Shown: piece by piece, positions 1 to 12,453 of the stretch
Layout: every line of letters begins with the position of its first letter
How positions within the stretch are numbered: position 1 is the first letter of the stretch
From: Kondoa subrosea
Taxonomy: Eukaryota
Assembly: GCA_039545335.1 (NCBI GenBank)
Contig: BCIN01000001.1
Span: 558,001 to 622,000 of the forward strand
Length of the DNA: 64,000 nucleotides
Direction of reading: 5' to 3'
Made by a program: the position numbers and the translations under genes
The notes under the pieces: model-generated
What the model was told of the DNA's origin: nothing
The model's input: only the letters and a program-made list of their open reading frames with translations
Databases searched by the model: none

Positions 1-4
1 TAGC

Positions 5-1118
5 ATGCTCACCCGAATGCGAACACTCAAGCGCAAACTGAATGAAGTCAATGCACTCAATGATGGTGCTCTGGCTGGCATGGAAGCTAGATTGGCTCAT
101 GTGGCTGCTGTCAATGATATGGAGTCTTTCTCTCCTGCGGCAGGCTATCCATCTTGGTCTTCAGTTAGACTCTCAAGGCAGATGATCGACTATTTGCTGC
201 ATCGTGGCTTCCTGGACGCTGCGACTCATCTCGCTAAAGCACAAGGAGTGGAAGCTCTCGTTGACACCGATTTGTTCAGGGAATGTGTGAGGATAGAGAA
301 GGCTTTGAGAGAGAAGAAAGTAACGGAAGCTCTGAGCTGGTGCAGGGAGAATAGTTCGGCTCTGAAGAAGTCTAAAGTGAGTCCGTTCATGTTTCTATTC
401 AGATATATGCTGATCTGCATCGAAGAGTACATTAGAATTCGATCTACGCTATCAAGAATTCATCGAAATGATTAGGCTAGGGCAAATGGCCGAAGCTATT
501 GCGCATTCTCGCAAGTATCTGGTACCATGGGGTGGGAGTCATTTGCGACAAATTAAGCAAGCAATGGTGCTGCTCGCTTTTGGTTCTGAGACTACATGTC
601 CGCCTTATCAGGTAAATTTATCTGTTCATTTCATCGCTGTGAACTTGTCTGATCGTTCTCTGGGAAAGAAACTCTTCGACGATGCTCGATGGAACGATCT
701 GGCTATTCAGTTCCGCTTCACTTTACTCTCAATCCATTCTATCGCTCCATTGCCTATGCTTTCTTTATCTCTCCATACCGGTTTATCGGCACTCAAAAAT
801 CCTACCTGTGCCTCTGCCGAATCTTATTCCCATAATCCAAATTGTCCAACTTGCGCACCTCTTTTACAACCTCTAGCACAAAGTGATCAAGTACCTTGGT
901 CTCACCATGCGAATTCTACTATTGTTTGCAAGATCACAGGCAAAGTTATGGAAGGACAAGATGAAGGTAGAACACCGTGGGTTTTACCGAATGGAAGAGT
1001 GTACAGCAAAGAAGGGTTGGAAATGTTAGCTTCGCAGAATGACAAGCAGCAAGTGACATGTCCAAGGACAGGAGAAGTGTTCAAATTCGCGCAGGCAGCG
1101 AAGGTATTCATTTCGTAG
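5..1118 (+). CDS. FYV10: GID/CTLH E3 ligase subunit Fyv10/MAEA (5' part probably outside the window; 2 introns)
   Basis: LisH (RLSRQMIDYLLHRGF), CTLH (ALSWCREN...STLEFDLRYQEFIEMIR after splicing), CRA region and C-terminal degenerate RING (CPTC...PWSHHANSTIVC...VLPNGRVYS...CPRTG). Confidence 0.88.
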
Positions 1119-1199
1119 ATTATGGTTAAGTGTAAACTTCCCTCGTGATTTTTGTAAAATACTTGCATCACATCAAGCATCGATAGCTTGCCAATCGGA

Positions 1200-2704
1200 G
1201 TGACAATAGCTGTGCGACTTACGCGGGATCTAGCAAAGATCCAGGCAAAGACAAGATTCGCTCACGGGCGTTCCAAATGGTCCCTCTTCGTACATTTGCC
1301 TCGTTCACCCGATTGCCTCAGCTTCTGTCGTTGGTATACCCGATCGATCAATACCCACAACCTCCTTCAATGCATCCAACGCTGAGCGAGAATCTTTCGT
1401 TCCTAGTGTTCGTTCTTCAACCCACCAATCCGCTACTCGGCCACTATGGAATCCCGCCTTGATCATCCAGTCTTTGAGAACAGGTCAATTTGCAGAAGGC
1501 TTGCTTATCATCTGCTTCCGTAAATCTTGCCAATAGACGAAAGATGCGGCGTAAGTAGGATTTGTTAGGTAAGGAGTACAATTGCATGAAATTTGTTAGC
1601 CCTTGACGCAGAGTAATGATGTAGAAATCTAAAGAGAGACAGCGGAGTGAAGGAAATGAAACGGCGTCGCTTCTCGCAAAAATTCGATGACTCCTCCAGG
1701 AAGATGCAGCGATTGTAGACGAGTGCTAGCGAAGTGCCCAGCATTGCAGATAAAGCTGTTCTGACATCCATTTTCCGCAGAGAGTCTTGATCCACCGGTT
1801 TCGATCCTTGCCGGGAAAGAGGATAGTCTGAACCAATGGTTATCGATGTGATTGCTGGGAACTTGGCGTCCACCTCTTTCCAAAAATCTGGCAGAAGTGA
1901 AGCTTCTTCTGAGCAATGTAATGGGGTACAATGGCTGTGATCGCCGAAGGGCATGCTTCGAATGTCTTGAAGAGTATCGCAGCACGACTCGAAGTTCACT
2001 TGCGTTGTTACCAAGCGAGTCTTGTCCGGCGAACGATGTGAAGAGATAGAAAGTAGCAAATTATTCAAGTCGTCGTCAGAGAAGTTACGAGCTTCTGAGC
2101 CTTCGACTTATGCCGTATCCTCTTCATCCTCATCAGACTTGATCCTGGGCCATATGAAGCGCACAGACGCAAGCGTCCCAATGTCGATCACATTCAATAC
2201 CGAAATGCTAGATTGAAGAAGGGGACTGATGACGCTAAGGTTTAGCGTCATACCCAGAAAGCAGACCTTGCGGAGATTATCAGAAGATGATAAGGCGGGA
2301 AGAATGATACCAGAATCTAGGTGTGGACTGATGGAAAAGGAAAAGATGGAAAGAGTGGTCAGGTTTGCCAACTTAGGGATCAATGTCTGCGCAGTTGCAG
2401 CTCCATGGCCGGATCATGAGATCCTAATGTTAGATAGAGGTACTTGACCATTCCTGCAAACCGCTGATTAGCCAGTGCATCCAGATGATTGCGACTGGAT
2501 TGTCCTGTAATCGCAAGTCTTGAAAGGCAGACAAATCCATAGAGTAAAGGAGTGCAAATGCCGTTCCATTACAAGCGCGCAGCAAGACAAGGCCGTGGAG
2601 ATTTTCGAGGCTTCATCTAATCTTATCCAAGAGAAAGGCTGTACGTTGAGTACTTCCAGAATGTCTTGCTGAATTTCGATGGGAAATTTGCTCCATGCCG
2701 CCAT
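1200..2704 (-). pseudogene. Frameshifted F-box/LRR-type gene
   Basis: F-box start WSKFPIEIQQDILEVL...LSCCALV continues as WNGICTPLLY only after a frame change near 2569. A second shift occurs near 2415, an in-frame TAA lies at 2108-2110, and LRR-like pieces (IPKLANLTTLSI, FPSLRCLSL) lie in different frames. The 3' end is approximate. Confidence 0.6.
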
Positions 2705-2935
2705 ACTTGTGATTCAGTCTGGAGGTTCGAGAGAAAAGTTGAGCAGACAGACGTAACAAGTCAAAGAACGGTTGGAAGAATCGCAGCCTGATCTTCTAAA
2801 AGCAACGACATAGGTCCGGAAAAGCCACGAGTAAAAGCGACGGGAGCCTTTCTCTGCCCAGCTCTAGGGGGCAAAGTACACGAATTGACTTAATTAGCGG
2901 GCTTCCTATCTTCTCCCATCACACTTCTGGCATCG

Positions 2936-4337
2936 ATGAGCAAATGGGTTCGCTTTCTTGTCGTGTGTGCTAGCTTTGCTTCTCATTCTGTTCTTCTTTG
3001 AAGACGCTTGGTTCTGCCAAAGCAATTCATCTTTTGTTTTGTTTCTCTCAATCTTTCCTCATGATCCTTCTCAGGTCTTGTCGAGAAAACCTCTGAATAA
3101 CGAAGATGCAAAGTGGTTCGCTCTTTCATAGCTCGATTTGTGCCAGTTCTTCTGTGATGTTGCTCGTTGCAGGATCGGATGTGAGAAACTCATTTGGCAA
3201 GACGAAGACGGCAAAGAGGTACAAGCTTTGATGCGAGTACATAGTACATTGCTTATATACAGATAGCGCGTCTGGGAATCCACCTACAGGAAAACAACGC
3301 CAAAGAGCGGAGTCGATGGTAAGCCTTGTCTGGATCTGTCATTTAAATAGCATGCGAATGCAGCTACTTCACAGGAGTAGAGGTAAGACTGATTTTGATC
3401 ATCACAAGCGATACCATTGATCTTGCGCTGACCAGATCTTTCCTCTCATTTCCGCCCTCAATAAACCTCTTTCGACTGTCTTAGTTATGCAATATCGGTA
3501 AGCTTTCTGCACTTCTGTAGAATGCGTACTGAAAGGTATTTAGGCCCTCAGTTGACAGGATATGCGTTGAACTACCAGCTGGACTGGTTGATGAAGGCGA
3601 ATCTTACGAACAAGCAGCAAGTAAGCTATTTTCGTTCGTGGAAGACATGCATGTAATGCTCATTACTACTCTTCAGTACGCGAGCTACAAGAAGAGACTG
3701 GCTACCGAAATGCTAAAGTAATAGCTGATTCAGGCGAGTGAGCTCTACTTGTCCGCTTTCCTTGAGTTGCACTCAGCTGTATGCAGGATCATGCTGTAAG
3801 CCTTCATCCACTGGAAGCACTCCTTGGATTTTCACCTTGTGTCTGATCAGTACGCCTGGAATGTCAAGCAGCAAGTATGTCTCTGCAGACCTTGCATGGA
3901 ATCCGGCTGATCTCCAGACAGTATGGCTATGATCACTATGCGTGTAGAGGTTACAGAAGACGAGTCAGAACCAGAGCAGAATCTGGATGGCGGTGAACAT
4001 ATCGTGAAGCTATTGATTCCCGTCAAAGGTGAGAGACATTTTTCGAGTACCATTGCAATCTACCAAGCATGAGATAGAACTCTATGGGAAGCTTCAAGGT
4101 CAGTTCTTCGGTGGTCGGACTTCAACAGACTGATCTTCTTCGCCTGTCAGAACTGAAGCGGAAAGAAGGTGTGGTCCATTGAATGCTCCGTGTTTGCTTT
4201 CCTCTGAATATCCTCTAGGTTACGCTATTGAAGGTTAGCTGTTACTTGTCCATGGCTGTGTCATCATTGACCGTCACACAGCGCATTTGTACTGTCTGGC
4301 TTACGGTCTGTCTCTGGCTCCTACTTTGGAATTCTGA
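2936..4337 (+). CDS. YSA1: ADP-ribose pyrophosphatase (Nudix, NUDT5/Ysa1 family), ~13 short introns
   Basis: Spliced reading ...DAKWIGCEKLIWQDEDGKERVWE...VDGVEIFPLI...[40 protein letters not shown] (Nudix box)...EQNLDGGEHI...AHLYCLAYGL; missed by the ORF track. Confidence 0.88.
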
Positions 4338-4672
4338 AGAGATGGGTATTGTTTGTTTCTTTACAACGCAATCCTACCGCTCCGGTATCTTCAGCCTCCC
4401 ATTTCTTTTTGCAATCAACCTTCTTGCGCGAGGTTCCGCAGACTCGAACGGTGCTTGATTGCCGACCAAAATTCAGCGGCCATGCAAATTTCGCAATTAG
4501 ACAACAGCTTCGAACCAATTGATAGATGTGCTGTGTAAGGTTGTAACAATACTAGCAAATGCTTACTTCACAATAAAAGTTCTTACGTAATCTACTTCCT
4601 GCGCTTCTGGCACTCGAAGCTGTCCTCGTCACGAACGGCTATCCAATACCCGCAGCCTGATACCACGTAAAG

Positions 4673-5802
4673 ATGTCCTCAACAGAGACGTACGACTCTT
4701 TAGGCGTCTTGCCCAGCACCTCCCAGCTGCCGGAATTCGATTTGTCTGCTTTCCCGCAGTTGAAGGACTCGACTCGCTTGGCTATTGAGAACTTACAAAG
4801 GCATAGGAGAGGGAAGGAGCATTTTCCTATGATTCGAAGAGCAGCAGTGGTCAGCTCTTGCTCCAAGCATTCACATGATATTGTTTGTCTGAATTTAACA
4901 ATGTTCAGCTCGTTGCTCTCTTCATTGGCCGAGAAGGCGATGTTCGTCTGCCCTGTACTCTTTCAAGATAGTAACTCATGCATGAGAATTAGCTACATGT
5001 CCTGCTTTCAACCCGAGCAGCATCACTGCGATCCTATGCTGGAGATGTAGCTATACCTGGCGGAAGATTGGATGACACAGACGACTCTCTAGAAGCTTGC
5101 GCGCGAAGAGAAGCCTATGAAGAAGTCGGCTTACCCATAGATCCTGTTCGACTTCGGCTGTTGACTCTCTTACCGCCTTTCTTATCGAGGCTGAGCAATC
5201 TAGTAGTAAGCTTAACATATGCTTCGCCGAAATAGAGCGTCTGATGGCGTTTGTTGCAGGTAACGCCCGTCGTAGTCCTTATAACGGATCTCACATTACA
5301 ACCGAAACTCAATCCATCCGAAGTGGTAAGCTTTCTTGTCTCCATTGATCAAGCTCTCTTCTAATTTTAAAGCAGGACTCTATATTTGCTCATCCGCTAA
5401 TTGGTTTCCTTCAAGCCGAACCAGCACTTCCAACAACCCGATTCCTCTCATCCGAAATCGCCTCAGGCAAAAAACCTTACCACGTCTCATACGATATAGC
5501 AAGAGCTACACCGAAAGCTTATCGAATGCATCAATTCGAGTCATCCAAAATACCCATAAGAGGTTTCACCGCTGATATTCTCATCAATGTGGCTATTTTG
5601 GCTTATGGAAGAGAACCGGATTTTGATAGGAAAGCAGTCGGACAGAGAAAGAGGAAAGTGTTGATTCAGGAAGCATTCAAGACGGAGTCTGGTAAGTATA
5701 AGCTATGAGGGCAAGGCAAAATGCCAGGCTGATATAATCGTGATAGATTTTAAGGAAGCGGCAAGAAAGCAAGCGAGATTGAAGAGAACTAGTAAGCTGT
5801 AA
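4673..5802 (+). CDS. PCD1: Peroxisomal CoA diphosphatase (Nudix, NUDT7/Pcd1 family)
   Basis: AAVLVALF...LHVLLSTRAASLRSYAGDVAIPGGR...ACAREEAYEEVGL...VTPVV...LNPSEV...IRGFTADILI; the spliced C-terminus ends RLKRTSKL* (PTS1). Confidence 0.87.
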
Positions 5803-6820
5803 AAAGAACACAGGTGTGAGAAGATGAGCTCGATGTTGTGTCAAGGTGTATCATAGTTTATACAGCATGTAGTTTCTTTCAGTGTCAAAGTACAAACTGT
5901 ACAACACGTACTCTGTCAGCGTCAAAGTCCGATTTTCATATATAGTCGAATCGCTGAATAGGCCCGTATGAGCACTGCAGTGAAGACAGAGTCACTTCAC
6001 CGGAGTTTCACCAACTCGATATTACGAAGGCCAGCGAAGGCAAACGAAGCTGTATTAACTAGCTATCCTGAATCAGCTGTAAAGGAATAACACTCCAGCT
6101 GCACGTAGAGCAGATGCTTCGATATGTTCAGCTTCGCGAACTCCAGCAGACTTATGGGCCGGCGCGTACATGCTGCGCTCTTGCGAATTCATGGATAGTA
6201 CTATATCTGCAGTCTTGATAGAGCAGCTCGAACTTGAAGCAAAAGGCACGTATTCAGGATGCCAGAAGTCATGATCAATGTTCAGCTCTTCTCAAGGCTT
6301 CTCTAGAGATTGCAACCATCCAAAAGATTTCGATGGCCAAAGAAGGACTGGTGTTCTTCTCTTGCTCCTTTATGAAAAGCGCTGAGTTATTGCTGTCTGT
6401 CTTTCCGTTCTTTGGGTCGTAGAGTCAAACCAAAGTCCTGCCCAAGTACAAAATGCGCCTTCTTGTACCCCCAGCTTTGTCCGGACATGCCTGCTGCTAT
6501 TCAGCGCACGTACAACTCGATATCTCCAAGGGTCGTCGTCCAGCGTCAATTGTTTCTTCCCTTTCTTCTCGTATTTCCTTGATTTGCAAATGTTAAATCT
6601 GAGATGATGCTTCTATTGATTTCATCACATTCTTGCTGCTCACGTACATCATTGCCTTGTATTCTGGCTCGTTTCGGACATGTCTGTTCGATGTGATAAG
6701 AAGATGTCTTTGGTCCGCGTTCACGTTCGTTAGACCCTCTATAAGAATGGCTAGCTCTTTGCCTCTCTCTCTCTTTCTCTCTTCATATCATATCAAATTT
6801 CCGATTTGCATCAGCCAAAC

Positions 6821-7671
6821 ATGCTAGTGCCAGTCCCCAACTTGTCCGTTCCTGCCGCTATCTTCTGTGATTCTTAGCTAACTATTCTCTTCAGATCTGC
6901 AATCTCCAGATCCCAAGCTGAACGCAAAGCAAGCGAGGCTGCAGGTTCGAGCGTTACCCATCATATCTCTGCCTAACTTACCCTGCCCTCAGTCATGGAG
7001 GACTATACAAAGCAAGTGAAGGCTCACGACGACCATGTTCGTGCACTTGCCACATTGCACGGGAAGGCATCGGATCCGTCCTGCCACGCCAAATTTCAAG
7101 GCCAGGTCCAAGTTAGTGAATAAATACCAAACAAGAAGTCAGCTGACATGTAACATAGCTGATCGCTCATTATATTTGGATCAGGAACACTCAATCTGGC
7201 AGAAAATATGGGCATGATCTTCCACCCCTACCTCTTGCAAAGATGTATGAGCACGCACAAGCTCTGGGAATCAAAGTTGTGGATGGAAGCGTTGATCAGT
7301 ACCTGGACAAGACTGTGCAGGCAATATGTGACAGGCACGGCGTTTACCTCGAGAAGGTAAGGTCGACATGCCATTGGCCCTTACGAATAGCTAAATCCCT
7401 GATTCAGAACACAGGCGCACCGCGGCATTTGAAGAGCTGGGCTCCCGAGCTTCCTTCTTCACGAGATGATGTGTTACCGGCTCTAATCCAAAGTCATGAC
7501 GTCAGCATGGCTTTCATTGATGCTGTCGAAGTAAGTTCAATACCGTAAAGTGTGTCTACGTGATGTATCTCAGCCTTTACATAGTACCTAAGCAAGAATG
7601 GACACATGCAGGAAATTCAACATCACTATTATGGTACTGATCGTCCGGCTGCCAAGGCTGCCAACCATTAG
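6821..7671 (+). CDS. Hypothetical protein, ~190 aa, 6 exons
   Basis: GT-AG exons join into one open frame: MLVPVPNLSAISRSQAERK...MEDYTKQVKAH...LIAHYIWIRN...YLSKNGHMQEIQHHYYGTDRPAAKAANH*. Confidence 0.55.
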
Positions 7672-7846
7672 TCCTAGGACTTTGTACATAGTTTATGCCT
7701 CGTCTTTCGTATTGCCGCAATAGATCTTTCCCAGGTACCCGAGACTCTCAGACAGTAGTAAAGAGCATGCTAACATTTCACAAAAAGTATATGCGAGAGA
7801 TAATAGTAGTACAAAAACAATCTTACAAACGGTAGTACAGTCTCTA

Positions 7847-9475
7847 TCAATGTCTCTGACGACTCTTGAGTTTCTTAGCAACGCGAGCGGCTTTACGGAG
7901 TTTGACCTGACCAGCTCTCTTGATCTTCTTATTTCTTTTGATCAAAGAGCGCAACATCACTTCCCTTTTCTTCTCCAAGGAACGCAAAACCACTTCTTTC
8001 TTCTGAAATCGTTCATTGGCTGATCGGATCAAAGTCTTTGCGTTCTTCGCTACTTTTGCTTCCACGATCGGAATTTGCCTTACAGCCAATTCATACAATT
8101 TCTTTGCTTCTTTCTCAACAGGTCGAGCTTGTCTATGAATATCCAACCATAATCGATGCATCTTCTCTGGCAACACCAACAAATCCGGTAGAGCCAAAAG
8201 GTAATGTTGAGCGAACCATTCGTACCCTACAGAAGCATGCTGGAGTGCTAAGAATTGCCATTCTTCCAATAAGCGCAAAGTTGCTTTGAGATCTTTCATC
8301 ACATCGAATTGGGAAATCACCATGAGGGAACGATTTTCGAGTTTGCCATGTAGTAGAGGACGACCTGCGATCGATGGACTGTTTGAGATGACCGCCTTGG
8401 AAGTAGAAGCATCGTTTCTCATAGTTGGCGATGATCGATGAGTTGGAATATTCGAAAGGGCGCAACGCTGGCAAGGGGAAGGTGCAGTTGCCAGAGCTTT
8501 GACATCCATCTTCATCTTGGGGTTCGCAACGTGAGCGGTAGCTGCGATCGAGAGGAAAGATGTAGGCGAAGACAAGAGTAAGACGAGAGTTGGTGCAGTT
8601 GTAATGGTAGGCGTAGGAGCTTCATTTGACATCGGCATAGCCTGCTGCTGAATGTCGGAGCGAGCAAAAGGCCATGCTAGAATACCAACATTGCCTTGAC
8701 CGGACATGAACGATGCACCGGCAGCAGCCAATAGAGCAATGCCGAGAGCAGCAGCGCTCCATACACCTTTAGCTCGAGTACTGGCAGCGAAGGTCGACAG
8801 GATAGACATGAGTGGATCGCGACGAAGGGCAACAATCGCTATAGTTTGAAGTAAGAACAAACCCGTACAGATGCAAATCAGCGCGGACTGACCAGCTTTA
8901 TTGACCTCCTTCGTAATGCTCTCTTCTTGGACCACAGATGGCTTGTTCTCCATCTCCCAATCAACCGTAGCACATAAAGCATCCAATTCTTTCTGTTCAA
9001 CGACAACCTCTTGCCCAACCTCAATCATCTCTTCTTCATCATTGTCAACTACTTGAGCGATCTTAGGAGTTTGCATCTTGATATCTGCTTCCAAAGGAGA
9101 ACCAGTATCGACCCAAGCTTGTTCATCATTGTTTGGATCAGGGAAAGAGAAAGACAAGCGACTAGGTGAAGTTCTGAGCTTGTGTCCTTCGCCAGATCCT
9201 TGTTGGTGTTGCTGTTGATCAGGTAAATAAGAAGCAGTTGGCGTATTATCATCATCACCCGAATCCGTCATCAGATCTCTAGTATCATCTTCGGAAAACT
9301 CGTTGACGAATTCAAAATCTTCATCAATGGAGATGTCAGACAAGTTTGAACCATCGAAAGTAGAGGAAGCGGAAGACATGGGAGAAGAAGGAGTCTTGAT
9401 GCTTGAATTGGGATCTTCAGCTGACAGTAAGTCCGTTGGAGAAGCAGATCGGACGTCTTGCTTATTGCTAGACAT
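7847..9475 (-). CDS. Hypothetical membrane protein: acidic disordered N-terminus, TM helix, basic coiled-coil C-terminus
   Basis: 547-codon ORF; TM-like VWSAAALGIALLAAAGASFM; probable in-frame GTCAGT...TATAG intron near 8840-8892. Confidence 0.7.
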   Translation of the reverse strand: MSSNKQDVRSASPTDLLSAEDPNSSIKTPSSPMSSASSTFDGSNLSDISIDEDFEFVNEFSEDDTRDLMTDSGDDDNTPTASYLPDQQQHQQGSGEGHKLRTSPSRLSFSFPDPNNDEQAWVDTGSPLEADIKMQTPKIAQVVDNDEEEMIEVGQEVVVEQKELDALCATVDWEMENKPSVVQEESITKEVNKAGQSALICICTGLFLLQTIAIVALRRDPLMSILSTFAASTRAKGVWSAAALGIALLAAAGASFMSGQGNVGILAWPFARSDIQQQAMPMSNEAPTPTITTAPTLVLLLSSPTSFLSIAATAHVANPKMKMDVKALATAPSPCQRCALSNIPTHRSSPTMRNDASTSKAVISNSPSIAGRPLLHGKLENRSLMVISQFDVMKDLKATLRLLEEWQFLALQHASVGYEWFAQHYLLALPDLLVLPEKMHRLWLDIHRQARPVEKEAKKLYELAVRQIPIVEAKVAKNAKTLIRSANERFQKKEVVLRSLEKKREVMLRSLIKRNKKIKRAGQVKLRKAARVAKKLKSRQRH

Positions 9476-9920
9476 TGTGAATGCTATCAAAACTATTCAG
9501 CCAGTGCTCGCATGCGCTTATGAGACAACGCACTTGTGCTTCGAGTACGAACAAAGGGAAGAGTCTCGGAATCTGACGGGCAAGGGAATGTATGGAGAGT
9601 CGATGGGCTGCACAAGGAGCAGTGAACAGCTATTCGAGCTGTAGCTAGACCGCAGCGTCAGTGAAAGAGAGACTCTTGTTTGCTTATCCCCCGCACTATG
9701 ACCTTTTTGAGGCAAGAGCTGCGCAAGCGACAGGAGACAGTGAGGTATATCCAAGCTGATAGATGCGGCGAATGAAGGTCAGATGAGGTAGAGATCGACG
9801 TCGCTGGTGAAGAACAAGAGTCGTCGGCAATTTCGAGTTGTCGAATCCGTAAACGTGATCGAATAGGGCAATTCGAAATTAGACAGAGCTCATGCATGGG
9901 AACCGCGCTAATATATACAG

Positions 9921-11913
9921 CTACAATATCTCTTCTTCAATCAGAACCTTGTTTCCCGCATCAACTGCACAATCAGCTTCTCCTCCGATATCCGGGTACA
10001 GGAAGTGAGAGAATCGAGGAGTCGGGAACGCTCGAACAGCAACAGGTAGATCGTCACTAGTAGGAGGTGTTGCGTAGCTAGTGGAGATGGAACGAAAGCC
10101 GATAGAGGCAAGAGAGCTTTCAGTTGGTATTTGAGAAACAGCTCTTGATTCTTGCGCAGGTACTTCCATCAATATGTCTTCTGTCTCTTGTACTGCTTTG
10201 AGAGTAAATATTGCAAAGGATTGCTCCGGCTCAGTACTCGATTTAGTGAGATCGACTTGCTGATCTGGTGTTTTGCTCTTGGATCTGCTTCTACTTTGGC
10301 GAGTAGGCGGTGCTAAGAATTGAGCAGTCACTTTAGGCGGTTCTTCATCGACTGATTCGTAGTACCAGCGAGGTTTCTTCGCCTTCTTCGGTCGGAATTC
10401 TTTCGGTAAAGCAGGTATATCGATATAGAACTGTGGTTTCGCCTACTTCTTGAGTCGCAAATCGACATAAGGCAGCGACTTTACTCACATTGTGTTTCCC
10501 TCCAGGCCAAGCTTTCTCGTCTTTTTTCTCCTTCTGTTTGCCCCAGACGTTCTGCTTCCCTTTGTTGCTTGTCCCAGCAGCACCAGACCCGCGTTTCCTC
10601 TTCTTGGTATCTGTAACCCAGTTTCTGTTCTTCTTGCTGGCTGATTTCTTACTGCTCGATTTCTGATCAGGGGAAGAAGCTAAACCTTGAGCTCGGCGGA
10701 AATGTTTCTCTGTCGGTCTAAGAACAGTAAGAGTTTCAGATATTGCTTTAGAAGCAGAAGAAGATTGTTGTTTAAGTTTAACAGAAAGTGTATTTGATGT
10801 AGAAGGTACAACGGGAGGTGGAGGAGTGAAGAGATCTGAATCCATACTTGTTGACGCGTCTACGTTGACTGGAGGTGGTTTGAGTTCCAGTGACACTTGT
10901 CTTGAACTGGTAGACGTAGGCAAAGCGGGTGAAGGGGGACGAGGTAAACTGAGAATTTCTTCAGTATCGCTGATTTCGGATAAGGAAGAAGATCCATCAT
11001 CAAGTTCGGAAAGAGAAGATTCGCTGTCGCTTTGAGAATCCGAATTGACTGATTTTCTGGGTGCGACTCTTAATATCGTTCGCAGGTTGCTTTGCATTCT
11101 GCGTTGTTCGAGTGCTTTTCGTCTAGCAGCTTGAGAAGAAGCGAAAGGTGAGTAAGTGATGGAGGTATTGATTTGGCCTTGATTTGTATTGAGCGTTTTC
11201 GGTAGAGAGCTATCCCTGCTCTTTTGAGTTATACTATTCAAGATGGACAGGATGGCTAGCATATTTGTTTGATCTGTCGTGTATGACTCCTGAATAATAG
11301 GTTGCTGGGATCTGAGAAAGGTATACGAAGGTACGGACGGATCAGATTTGAAGTCAGGTAGAGAAGGAGGACAAGATCCAGCTCTTCTCGCAGGTACTTC
11401 AGCCGTCGGAGGATAGGGAGAAGAGAAAGGAGAAATATCGTCCAGTCCGTCATCTGGAATCAGTAGCTTCGTGGCATGAGAGATGAAGACTGGTTCAGGC
11501 TTGATGATCGGTGCATCTTGCTGTTCATGCAGACTCGATAGTTGAGCAGCCTTAACAGTACCTTCTATTGCAGCTACCGGCTCTTGACTCGCGGAAAGCC
11601 TGCGACGTTTGCTGTCACAGTACATCAGCGTTCAGACGATATTCAAAACAAGTGTAAAGACTAACCGAGATTCCGTCTGATTCGCGTGTAGTATGCCCAT
11701 ATCGTGATCTTCTACTACTGAAATTGACCTCTCTTCAGCATAAGCCTTGAGCCGAATCTTGAGTCTCGGGCGATTCGCCAATGCATTTTGCGTTTCCATC
11801 AAAACAGGATCAGTCATTGGTGGGACCGTCACTCGAGGCGCTTGATACTTATGTAGGAGCATAGCATCATGCATCTGCATCGTATTGTTTGGCAAACTTG
11901 CGACGGACGACAT
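9921..11913 (-). CDS. Hypothetical Ser/Pro/Lys-rich disordered, probably nuclear, protein (3 exons)
   Basis: Three ORFs joined by GT-AG introns near 11610-11665 and 10445-10487; NLS-like SRKRRR and KKRKR. Confidence 0.65.
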
Positions 11914-12453
11914 TTCAATGCTACAAGATCGGCCTCAAGCTCATGCACGGCAGACAAGCGCAGGGTATCAGTGCAACTTTGCTGAAAGGTCACGAGGTTG
12001 GTATCGATATCAAAAGATCGTTGCTCAAAACAACATTCGAAGGGTGAAGAAGAAGAGAAGTCGGAACAGCAAGCACACTGTGCAGGAACTATACAAGAGT
12101 CAAACGACTAGCATAGCAGTACGCACGTCAAGCTGTCTATGAGATGCTTGCTGATACGTGAATTGATCATAATTCGCTACAATTCGAGTCAGCCCGAGGA
12201 CTACTTGTGCCAATCTCGAGTAGATGAACACATGGTGCCTTCTGCTTGTTGACTGACCCAAGATCGATGCTATGGACTTGGAGTCCCAACTGAGTCGCTC
12301 TCAATTCGAGAGCTGAAAGCGCCTTAGATCAGCTTATTATAGTATGCGAAGAAACACCACTTACCAATGTTGCGCAGCGCAAGAGACGCGTAAGTCCTAA
12401 TGTACTACCTATTACTGAACCACAGCAACTGACAGAGCCTTTTCGCCTATCAC

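Noticed and set aside
5880..6760. Possible small multi-exon gene on the minus strand
   Set aside because: Several GT..AG candidates, but I could not build an open, recognisable reading frame
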